The position numbers and the translations under genes are program-made. Below are positions 36,520 to 44,854 of a stretch of 64,000 nucleotides of DNA, in pieces (within the stretch, counting starts at the first letter, position 1; the number at the start of each line of letters is the position of its first letter). Location: the NCBI GenBank assembly GCA_963775895.1, contig CAVZKL010000028.1, positions 1-64,000 on the forward strand, read 5' to 3'. The notes under the pieces were generated by a model. That model made no database searches. It had not been told where the DNA came from and saw nothing but the letters and a program-made list of their open reading frames with translations. Source of the stretch: Candidatus Bathyarchaeota archaeon. GTDB lineage: Archaea; Thermoproteota; Bathyarchaeia; Bathyarchaeales; Bathycorpusculaceae.

Positions 36520-37324
36520 AGCACAACCAATCTATCTAGTGCCGATACTTGCCACCCTAGCCGTCGGCCTAGCGTGCACCTATCTGATTCGGGCATCTTC
36601 AACCGAGACGTATACAATCACCATCTTTCCGGAAGGACTAGTCGGGTCGCTGAGCAACGGCATCTACTTTGTCGCTTTAGCAGCAATTGGGGCCTCGATA
36701 CTGTATCTGCTTCTAAAACGTAAGAACCTCAGAACCATCGCATTTATCACTGGATTTGCGTTGACCGCAGCTGCTTTCTTGGTTTCTGCGGTATATCTTT
36801 GGCCAGTGTTTTCGGCTCTTGACGCTTCATACGCGCCGTATCTAGTCTTGACATGCGCCATACTGTTAACCGCAACGTTCGATTACACAATCTTCCGTAA
36901 AAAAGGGTCAAGCGGCAACGTTGCAGTATTACTGCTGGGCGGAGCACTAGGTGCGTTCCTAGGAATGTCAATCCAAATGCTCAGCGCGATTCTGATTCTC
37001 TGTTTTCTAGCGATCTATGACGTTTTCGCAGTTTATCGAGGCCCAGTTGGAAAGATTGCCAACAAAGGACTTGAAACGCTTCGAGGGCTGAGCTTGGCTT
37101 TCAAAGATGTTCAGATCGGACTGGGGGACTTGACCTTCTATTCGATGCTCGTCAGCATGGTTCTTGTGGTTGCCGGTCCAACGTTCTGCTTCTTCTCGTT
37201 GTTAGGAGTGCTTGCAGGATCCTTCTTGGCGTTTAAGATGTTAGAAAAGAAGGGAATTTTTCCAGGTTTGCCGTTCCCCGTCGCTTTGGGCCTTCTGCCC
37301 TTACTTGTCGCGTTCTTTCTTTGA
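36494..37324 (+). CDS. Presenilin/signal-peptide-peptidase-like GxGD intramembrane aspartyl protease
   Basis: About 9 TMs, AIYDVFAV, IGLGD, PGLPFP (PAL motif). Confidence 0.85.
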   Translation: MGRALKKFRAQPIYLVPILATLAVGLACTYLIRASSTETYTITIFPEGLVGSLSNGIYFVALAAIGASILYLLLKRKNLRTIAFITGFALTAAAFLVSAVYLWPVFSALDASYAPYLVLTCAILLTATFDYTIFRKKGSSGNVAVLLLGGALGAFLGMSIQMLSAILILCFLAIYDVFAVYRGPVGKIANKGLETLRGLSLAFKDVQIGLGDLTFYSMLVSMVLVVAGPTFCFFSLLGVLAGSFLAFKMLEKKGIFPGLPFPVALGLLPLLVAFFL

Positions 37325-37431
37325 TTCGGGTAGAACGAGACAACCTACCTACTATCGCGACTCTGGCATTCAGCCGAAAAGCGAATTAAGCGCGGGCCGA
37401 TTGTATCGGCTGACACGACTGGGGATAATCA

Positions 37432-38614
37432 ATGATCGATGTTATTCTGAACATGGTACAAAACCACGAAAAATGGAGGGTAAAACAGTGTTTGAACTTG
37501 ATACCCTCTGAGAACGTCATGAGTCCTTCTGCTCGAGCCTTGCTATCATCCGATTTGGCCCATCGATACACGGCAAGAGACCGTTTCTACATGGGCACGC
37601 GGTTTACAGATCAGATAGAAAAGTATGGTGAACAACTGGCAAAGGAGTTGTTCAAGGCTGAGATGGCTGACCTGAGACCTCTTTCAGGACACATTGCAGA
37701 TATGATTGTCTTGGCCAATCTGGCGAAGGCAGGTGACACGCTTGTCTGCGTTTCGCCTGACGATGGTGGATACCCGGGCATGTGGGCAAACGCTCTGGCA
37801 GGCTTTCTCAAGCTTAAGGTCGCGGCTTTCCCATTTTCGAAGAAAGATTGGAACATCAAAGTGGAAGAAGCACAACAGCTCATCAGCAAGACAAAACCGA
37901 AGGCCGTCGTGTTCGGAGGGAGCTTGATCACTTTTCCTCAACCAGTCAGAGAAATTGCCGACGTTGCACGAGAAAACGGCGCAATTGTCGGCTTTGACGG
38001 TTCACACGTTTTAGGACTAATTGCTGGCGGCAAGTTTCAAGACCCGCTCCGAGAAGGAGCCCAGCTGTTGTTCGGCTCAACACACAAGAGTTTCTTCGGT
38101 CCACAGGGAGGAATCATCCTAGGAAACAAAGACCCAGGCGAACTCCTGAAAGAGAAGAATCTATCCTAGCTTCGTTGACAATGCTCACTGGAACAGAATT
38201 GCAGCACTAACCTTGTCTCTAGCCGAAATGAAGAAGTTCGGCAAAGCTTACGCGACGCAGATTGTCCAGAACTCAAAAACACTCGCCAAATGCTTACATG
38301 ATTACGGCTTCCCTGTTATCGCTGGTCACCTGGGCTTTACCGAGTCACATCAGGTGATAATGGACTACGGAAGTATCCAGAAAGCAACAGGAATAGCTAA
38401 GAGACTACAGAAAGCAAACATAATTGTTGATTGCGTCATCAGAGTCGGAACCTGCGAGGTGACACGTCGCGGAATGAAGGAGCCCGAAATGATAAGGATC
38501 GCAGAGCTCCTCAAGAGAACGATTATCGATAGGGAGAAACCCACCAACGTAAGCAAGGACGTAGCCAGACTCAGCGCGGAATTTCAAAAAGTTGAATACT
38601 GCTTTGAGCGATAG
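37432..38614 (+). CDS. glyA: Serine hydroxymethyltransferase-like PLP enzyme, atypical; frameshift ~38158
   Basis: LNLIPSEN, FDGSHVLGLIAG, GSTHKSFFGPQGG, FTESHQV, IRVGTCEVTRRGM. Several SHMT motifs are altered (see findings). Confidence 0.7.
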
Positions 38615-38680
38615 AATTGCTATTCTCGCTCTTTCCGTCATCTTGCTCCAGGAGTCAACCAGACAGAAAAGTGAATTACG

Positions 38681-39643
38681 ATGAAAGCAAACGCGCCGAC
38701 CATACTTATTGACGCCTTGAAGAGACAAAAATACCATTTCGTAGGTGGACACTCAGCTGTAAAGAGGTGCAGGTGGTTCCATGAAACACTGACGAACAAT
38801 AGACCGTGTTATAAACAGAAGTTCTATGGCATAAAAACGCATCAATGCATACAGATGACGCCTGCGGCGTTTTACTGCACTCAACAGTGCCTGTTCTGTT
38901 GGCGAGCTCAAAACCAAGACCTCAACATCACGTGGGACGAAATGAAACTGCCTACGTGGGACTCTCCTGAAACGATCGTTGAAGGAAGCATCAAAGCTCA
39001 ACGACTAATTCTCAGCGGCTACGGAGGGAATCCCAAGACAGACCAGAAAAAATACAGAGAAGCACACGCGCCGAGGCACGCCGCAATAAGCCTCACAGGT
39101 GAGCCCACGCTCTATGAGCACTTGGGTCAGCTGATCAGAAGCTTCCACGAGAAGGCGTTCACAACGTTCTTGGTTTCTAACGGAACACTTCCTTCCGTAC
39201 TAGCAAAACTAGACCAGGAACCCACTCAGCTCTACTTGTCTGTCTGTGCACCTGACAAAGAGACATACGTGCGCGTGTGCCGCCCACGAATTCCAAATGC
39301 CTGGGAAAAACTCAACGAGACCCTTGCAATGTTGCCCGGTTTCACGTGTCCAACTGTGATACGCATAACTTCAGTCCATGATCTGAACATGAAGAACGCT
39401 AAAGGGTACGGAGCGATGATAAAAAAAGCAAACCCAACCTACGTCGAAGTCAAGGCTTACGTACATGTCGGGTTTTCGAGGCTTCGACTGAATTTCGACA
39501 GCATGCCCAGCCACAAACAGATCCGAGAGTTTTCAGCCCAATTGGCGAAGGAAACGGGCTATGACATCATTGATGAGTCACAGGAAAGCCGCGTTGTTCT
39601 CCTGAGCAGACTGGAAAAGGCAGTAAAGTTTGGAGACGGTTAA
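38681..39643 (+). CDS. taw1: 4-demethylwyosine synthase (radical SAM TYW1/Taw1)
   Basis: HSAVKRCRW, CYKQKFYGIKTHQC, CTQQCLFCWR, AISLTGEPT, VEVKAY..VGFSR. Confidence 0.93.
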   Translation: MKANAPTILIDALKRQKYHFVGGHSAVKRCRWFHETLTNNRPCYKQKFYGIKTHQCIQMTPAAFYCTQQCLFCWRAQNQDLNITWDEMKLPTWDSPETIVEGSIKAQRLILSGYGGNPKTDQKKYREAHAPRHAAISLTGEPTLYEHLGQLIRSFHEKAFTTFLVSNGTLPSVLAKLDQEPTQLYLSVCAPDKETYVRVCRPRIPNAWEKLNETLAMLPGFTCPTVIRITSVHDLNMKNAKGYGAMIKKANPTYVEVKAYVHVGFSRLRLNFDSMPSHKQIREFSAQLAKETGYDIIDESQESRVVLLSRLEKAVKFGDG

Positions 39644-39786
39644 GAATCATTTCAATCAATACGAAACATCCTGACGGATTAAGATCCAGGAGCACACGTG
39701 ATTGAATTGAACGAGAATAAGCCTTAAATATCTCCTCTGTCATGAGCCTTGATCTTATACTTTCATTTGAATCAAGGTGTCAACGA

Positions 39787-39978
39787 ATGGTCAGTGATGG
39801 AAGAGGACGATTGTTCAAGAGAAAAGACGGAAAATACCTAGTCTATCTACCAAAGGATTTAGCGGAAGACAGCATGTTTCCGTTCAAAGATTCGGATTCT
39901 GTCTTTGTGAAAGTGACTTTCAAACTCGGCGACAACAAACTAACAGTTGAGAAATGGAAAGAGACAAGCTCGGAGTAG
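39787..39978 (+). CDS. Small AbrB/SpoVT-like protein
   Basis: GRLFKRKDGKYLVYLPKDLAEDSMFPFK...LTVEK swapped-hairpin pattern. Confidence 0.55.
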   Translation: MVSDGRGRLFKRKDGKYLVYLPKDLAEDSMFPFKDSDSVFVKVTFKLGDNKLTVEKWKETSSE

Positions 39979-40083
39979 CCATAAATCTTCTAACAGGCAA
40001 TGCTGTCTCGCAACCACGTTCTTCGTTGCATAAGAATATATTCACATTCATCGCATTGATAGCTAAGAAAGAAGGGATGCCTC

Positions 40084-40719
40084 TTGCCCACTCTAAAAAG
40101 CATTCTGGGTGTAATAAGGAAGGAACTCAAACAGAAGGATGACATCAGAGAAGAAACTCACGGCGACATGAGAAAGGTCACAAGCCTTTCCAAACAGGCG
40201 ATTCTCCTGATTCATCAAAAGAGAATGAGAGAGGCTGAAAAACAACTCGCAGACGCAAAGAAAATACTCTCAAAACTATGGGAACGCGCATCTGCAGATC
40301 CAGAGATCATCTACACAGGCATGTTTAACGCAGCTCTCCAAGAGTATTCCGAAGCTAACATATTCTTAAAACTGGTTGAAGAGACGAAGTTTGTGACGCC
40401 TAAAGACATCAAAGTGCCCCCAGGCGATTATGTACTTGGGTTGGCAGACGTGATCGGTGAATGCAGACGCCTCGCACTTGATGCCCTGCGCGAAGGTGAT
40501 CTGAAGAAAGCTGAAAAATGTTTACGTATAATGGACGAAATCTACACAGAACTCATGGGTTTGGACGAATCCTACATGTTGGTCTCTGGACTCAGAAGAA
40601 AGAACGACGTAGCAAGGAAAATCATCGAGTCCACGCGCGGAGATGTTACGCAGGAAATTAGAAGAAGTGAGCTTGAGAAACAGTTGAAGCGCTTTGAGAA
40701 ACGCATACAAGCGCGATGA
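40084..40719 (+). CDS. Translin/TRAX family protein
   Basis: ALQEYSEA, YVLGLADVIGECRR, LRRKNDVAR. Confidence 0.85.
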   Translation: MPTLKSILGVIRKELKQKDDIREETHGDMRKVTSLSKQAILLIHQKRMREAEKQLADAKKILSKLWERASADPEIIYTGMFNAALQEYSEANIFLKLVEETKFVTPKDIKVPPGDYVLGLADVIGECRRLALDALREGDLKKAEKCLRIMDEIYTELMGLDESYMLVSGLRRKNDVARKIIESTRGDVTQEIRRSELEKQLKRFEKRIQAR

Positions 40720-40749
40720 CAAATCTGGTATCGATTTGAGAACGTCAGA

Positions 40750-41430
40750 ATGAGCACTATAGGGACAGAACCAGCTTTCTCGGTCAAGAAAGCCCATGAA
40801 GCTCAGATTGCCCTATCAAAGAAAATCGTTTTTGAGAACAAGATTCCGAAAAGAATCCGCCAAGTGGCAGCCGTCGACGTCGCATACGTTGATGACTTCT
40901 CCGTCGCCGCCGTTGCTGTCCTAGACTACGCGACTTTGAAGCTTGAGGAAGCTCAGACAATAATTCGCAAGACAAGTTTTCCTTACGTTCCAACGTTGCT
41001 TTCATTCAGAGAGGTCCCTCCAGCTGTTCAATGCATTCGCAAATTACAGAGCTGTCCTGACGTGTTTCTTGCCGACGGACACGGATACGCTCATCCGTAC
41101 CGATGCGGATTCGCATGTCACTTGGGACTTGTACTGCAAAAACCCACAATCGGAGTAGCAAAAAACATTCTCGTTGGCAAGGTCGAAACTCGAGCGAACG
41201 AGGACGTTGCTTTGATACACGACAAGGGTGAAACCGTAGGCGCCGAGATCAAGGCAAACCCTAACGCGAGACCTGTGTACGTGAGCGTCGGACACATGAT
41301 CTCTTTGAAAACTGCAATCCGAATAGTCAAGCATTGTACAGTCAAAGGGTGGATTCCGGAGCCACTCTTGCAGGCTCACAAGATCGCAAACGCCGAGAAA
41401 AGAAAAGTCAATATGCCCACTCGAACATAA
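40750..41430 (+). CDS. nfi: Endonuclease V
   Basis: AVDVAY, FPYVPTLLSFRE, DGHGYAHP, IGVAK, YVSVGH, IPEPL. Confidence 0.92.
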   Translation: MSTIGTEPAFSVKKAHEAQIALSKKIVFENKIPKRIRQVAAVDVAYVDDFSVAAVAVLDYATLKLEEAQTIIRKTSFPYVPTLLSFREVPPAVQCIRKLQSCPDVFLADGHGYAHPYRCGFACHLGLVLQKPTIGVAKNILVGKVETRANEDVALIHDKGETVGAEIKANPNARPVYVSVGHMISLKTAIRIVKHCTVKGWIPEPLLQAHKIANAEKRKVNMPTRT

Positions 41431-41437
41431 GAACGGA

Positions 41438-42160
41438 ATGAGTGATACGATGGTGCTGAACGCTCAACTGAAAAAACTCGTCAACAAGATAGTCGACAAG
41501 CCCCTTCGAAAGAAAATCGCGGATCTGCTTGAGAACCCAACGTTCGAAGTTGACGGAAGAGTTTATTCAGGCATGCCCCTTGAAGTGGCTCCTGCGGGAA
41601 GATCTCACCATCACTGCTATCCAGGAGGCTATGTTGAACACGTTGTTTCCGCCTCAAACATTGCGTTAGCACTCTGCGATTCTGTGGAGGAAATCTACCA
41701 TGGCAAGGTCAACCGTGACCTCGTCATAGCGGGAATGTTGGTCCACGACGTTTTCAAACCCCCAACGTACACTGTAAACAAAAATGGAAGCTACGGTTCA
41801 GCACCTCTTGCCGACGCTCTCGATCACTTATCAATTGCAGTCACTGAGCTTGTTCGAAGAAGGTTTCCCCTGCAGTTGGTTCACATAGTGGCCGCTCACC
41901 ACGGAGAGTACGGACCGACAAGACCTCGAACGATCGAAGCTCTCATCTGCCACTTGGCGGATTTGACCGACTCGAGATTGAACGGTGAAGTTCTCAACGC
42001 AGCAGCCTACCTCACAAGAAGAACGACAGGTCAAGAACTTTACGGCATGACCTCGAAGGAAGCCTTCGAAATCGTGCACTCGAAGGCAGTCGAAGGATGG
42101 AAGGGTGCGGATGAAGCACTGAAAAGAATAAGCCGACGAAGAAAAACACGCAAAACTTAA
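41438..42160 (+). CDS. HD-domain phosphodiesterase, MptB-like (dihydroneopterin 2',3'-cyclic phosphate phosphodiesterase)
   Basis: PAGRSHHHCYPGGYVEH, LVHDVFKP, DH, AAHHG, PRTIEALICHLAD. Confidence 0.6.
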   Translation: MSDTMVLNAQLKKLVNKIVDKPLRKKIADLLENPTFEVDGRVYSGMPLEVAPAGRSHHHCYPGGYVEHVVSASNIALALCDSVEEIYHGKVNRDLVIAGMLVHDVFKPPTYTVNKNGSYGSAPLADALDHLSIAVTELVRRRFPLQLVHIVAAHHGEYGPTRPRTIEALICHLADLTDSRLNGEVLNAAAYLTRRTTGQELYGMTSKEAFEIVHSKAVEGWKGADEALKRISRRRKTRKT

Positions 42161-42205
42161 TAACTCATTACAAGTCAAGCCCTTTCGAAAGGTGGCTGTT
42201 TCAAA

Positions 42206-42532
42206 TTGGAGATTTCGTTTGAAGAATTTCAGAAACTCGACCTCCGCGTAGGCAAGATACTTGAGGCTAACCAGATTCCTGGATCACGAAATCTGATCAA
42301 GATGACGGTTGATTTCGGAGCCGAAAAGAGACAGGCCGTTGCCGGGTTACTGCAGTGGTACAAGCCTCAAGACCTAGTCGGCAAGAAATGTGCATTCATT
42401 CTAAACCTTCAAAGAAGAAAACTCATGGGAGTCGAATCACAGTGCATGATCTTTGCCGCTGAAGACGACAAAGGCGAAGTTGTCATCTTGCAGCCAGAAA
42501 AGGACATCGCTGAAGGAAGTCGAATACACTGA
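42206..42532 (+). CDS. Stand-alone tRNA-binding OB-fold protein (MetRS C-terminal/Trbp111/CsaA family)
   Basis: ISFEEFQKLDLRVGKI, VDFG, NLQRRKLMGVESQCM. Confidence 0.88.
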   Translation: MEISFEEFQKLDLRVGKILEANQIPGSRNLIKMTVDFGAEKRQAVAGLLQWYKPQDLVGKKCAFILNLQRRKLMGVESQCMIFAAEDDKGEVVILQPEKDIAEGSRIH

Positions 42533-42544
42533 AAACTCCTTGGC

Positions 42545-43813
42545 TCAACCTATCAATTTGACAATTTCTTTGGCTCTATCTTCGCTTCCTGCGACATACT
42601 CTATCATTTCTTGATCAAAGTCAAACCACTTTGCCAATCCTGCAGCCATTTCGCAGTTGTTCTTGAAGATTATCTTCAAGTAAGGAAGAACTTCCTTGGA
42701 AGACCTAACGGCAGAAATGTGGCAGCGACGCTTTATTTTCCCTCCTATACTTGACTGAACAGCGCGTTCCGCTCTAGACCTAGACAACGATTGGATTCTT
42801 GTTGGAAACTTGAAGGGGATCCAGCCAGAAGTGCGCGTGTTCTGTCTGGCCATCGCCACTCCAGCCGTCATGAAATCCACCACGTAACGCATTAAACTCC
42901 AATCTTGCGTGGCTCGAATTCTGCCTCGAAAAACGTCGGCAGTTGCCAACGCATCCATCACGTTCACTAGATCGTGGGGGTCAGTGAAATGTGCCGGAGC
43001 GTTCTCGTAGATCCACTCGAATAACATGTCAGCGTCAACGTCAGACATATCCATCGCTCTCTTCGCGCTTGCAGAGGTTTTCGCGTAGAGAATCATTCTC
43101 AGCACGTTGAAAATGTTCTCTTGGCGATCGCGGTATCCGAGCCATGCAACATCTTCATAGGTCAGCTTCGTTTTTCCTTGACCGTAAGCCTGAAGGTCAT
43201 TGACAGCTGAGCGCACATCACCTCCTGAACGCTGAGCCATGAACTTGAGTGCGTCCTCGTCTGCAACTATACCTTCCTCGCTGCATATGCGCCTGAGAAT
43301 TTTCACAACATCTCCTGTTGGTGGTTTCTTAAACTCTATCAACATACAGTAGCTCCGCAGGTAGGCGAAACGCGGGTCGTATGCACTGTTCGCGATCAAA
43401 ACCAAAGGACGCTGCGCTGACTTTGCAATGTCAGCTATTGCTTTGACACCTCCTCTGTCTGAGGTTCCTGTTAAGCCGTCGAGTTCATCCAAGAGTATGA
43501 CTCTTTTTTCACCAAACAAAGACCCATACTGGGAGGCGAGTCCTGCAAAATGATTTATCGCCTCTTCGGTTCGGTAATCGCTTGCGTTATTTTCCACAAA
43601 CTCCATTCCAAAATCGTTCGCGGCTGCCTCAACAGTCACGGTTTTGCCAACGCCAGGTGGTCCGTAAATGAAGGCGCACCTCTTTTTCGGAGCGCCTTTG
43701 TCCCATGATTTTAGCCAGTCGATAAATTGTTTGATGGCTTCAGCATTCCCGACTATCTCGCTGAGAGTTTTCGGTTTGTGCGTTACTGTCCAGGCGCCGT
43801 ACAAATCTTGCAC
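42545..43813 (-). CDS. rfcL: Replication factor C large subunit
   Basis: GPPGVGKT, NASDYR, LDELD, GDVRSAVNDLQ; follows rfcS. Confidence 0.92.
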   Translation of the reverse strand: MQDLYGAWTVTHKPKTLSEIVGNAEAIKQFIDWLKSWDKGAPKKRCAFIYGPPGVGKTVTVEAAANDFGMEFVENNASDYRTEEAINHFAGLASQYGSLFGEKRVILLDELDGLTGTSDRGGVKAIADIAKSAQRPLVLIANSAYDPRFAYLRSYCMLIEFKKPPTGDVVKILRRICSEEGIVADEDALKFMAQRSGGDVRSAVNDLQAYGQGKTKLTYEDVAWLGYRDRQENIFNVLRMILYAKTSASAKRAMDMSDVDADMLFEWIYENAPAHFTDPHDLVNVMDALATADVFRGRIRATQDWSLMRYVVDFMTAGVAMARQNTRTSGWIPFKFPTRIQSLSRSRAERAVQSSIGGKIKRRCHISAVRSSKEVLPYLKIIFKNNCEMAAGLAKWFDFDQEMIEYVAGSEDRAKEIVKLIG

Positions 43814-44785
43814 CTATTTTGAATCTTTCAATTCGTCTCCAGCTTCAACAAGCTTGGCCAAGAGAGCGCTCAATTGAACTTCTTCATCGGCACCCTCAAC
43901 GAGCCTGAAGTCAACTTCTCCTACGACGTCGGCGAGCTTGATTCTCCATTTTTCAGGCATCTCTGCTCTGAAGATTTCTGTATGTATCTGGCGAATTATG
44001 TCACTTCCTGCGACCCCGTACTTCTGGATCATATCGCGAAGCTGTTTTCTCGCCTCTATAAAGTCGCCGTCCATGGCAACTTTCAACATTTTTTGCACGT
44101 CCGCGGGACTTGCTCTTCCTGTTATGGAGTAGACAACTTTGGAATCTATCGGCTTGCCTAGAGAGGCCGCAGATTGAAGAGTGTTGATTGCTCTTCTTAA
44201 ATCGCCACCGCAGATCTCGAATATGGCATCCAAGCCTTCCGTAGAAATTTTCACTTTCTCTTTCGTGGCGATTTCTTTCAGATAACAGTCGTGTTCTTGT
44301 CTCGGCAGATGCGTGAAGCGGAAGGGTGCACACCGAGACTGTATTGGTTCTATTATCTTCCCACTGTAGTTAGCGCATAAAATGAATCGGCAAGTCTCGG
44401 TGAAACGTTCCATCGTACGTCTGAGAGCCTGCTGAGCGTCAGAAGTCATGTTGTCAGCCTCGTCAAGGATGAGTATCTTGAAGGGGATTTCTCCGATCGA
44501 TTTCACTCTTGCAAAGGTCTTCACGGTGTCTCGCACGACGTCGATTCCCCTCTCGTCACTCGCGTTCAACTCCATCAGATGTTCCCTGTAACCGTCGCCG
44601 TACAAATCTCTCGCCAAACACAGGGCGGCCGTCGTCTTACCTGTCCCCGGAGGACCGGCGAAAATGCAATGAGGCACGTTTCTTGACTTAGTGAAACTCT
44701 TTAGACGTTCAACTATCTCCTTCTGATCTACAATTGCGTCCAAACTTCTTGGGCGATACTTTTCTGCCCACATTTCGAAACTCAT
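43814..44785 (-). CDS. rfcS: Replication factor C small subunit
   Basis: WAEKYRP, GPPGTGKT, ELNASDERG, DEAD, AQQALRR, IQSRC. Confidence 0.95.
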   Translation of the reverse strand: MSFEMWAEKYRPRSLDAIVDQKEIVERLKSFTKSRNVPHCIFAGPPGTGKTTAALCLARDLYGDGYREHLMELNASDERGIDVVRDTVKTFARVKSIGEIPFKILILDEADNMTSDAQQALRRTMERFTETCRFILCANYSGKIIEPIQSRCAPFRFTHLPRQEHDCYLKEIATKEKVKISTEGLDAIFEICGGDLRRAINTLQSAASLGKPIDSKVVYSITGRASPADVQKMLKVAMDGDFIEARKQLRDMIQKYGVAGSDIIRQIHTEIFRAEMPEKWRIKLADVVGEVDFRLVEGADEEVQLSALLAKLVEAGDELKDSK

Positions 44786-44854
44786 TTCGGCCAATCCTCT
44801 TCGTCTATAGGATGTTTGCAGCGTTAATAAAAGTGTATTCGAGGCAAATCCGTT

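Noticed and set aside
37350-37425. ZMP/ZTP (pfl) riboswitch upstream of the glyA-like gene
   Set aside because: Only vague resemblance (CGCGACT..., CGACTGGG); the conserved P1/P2 and pseudoknot elements cannot be built.
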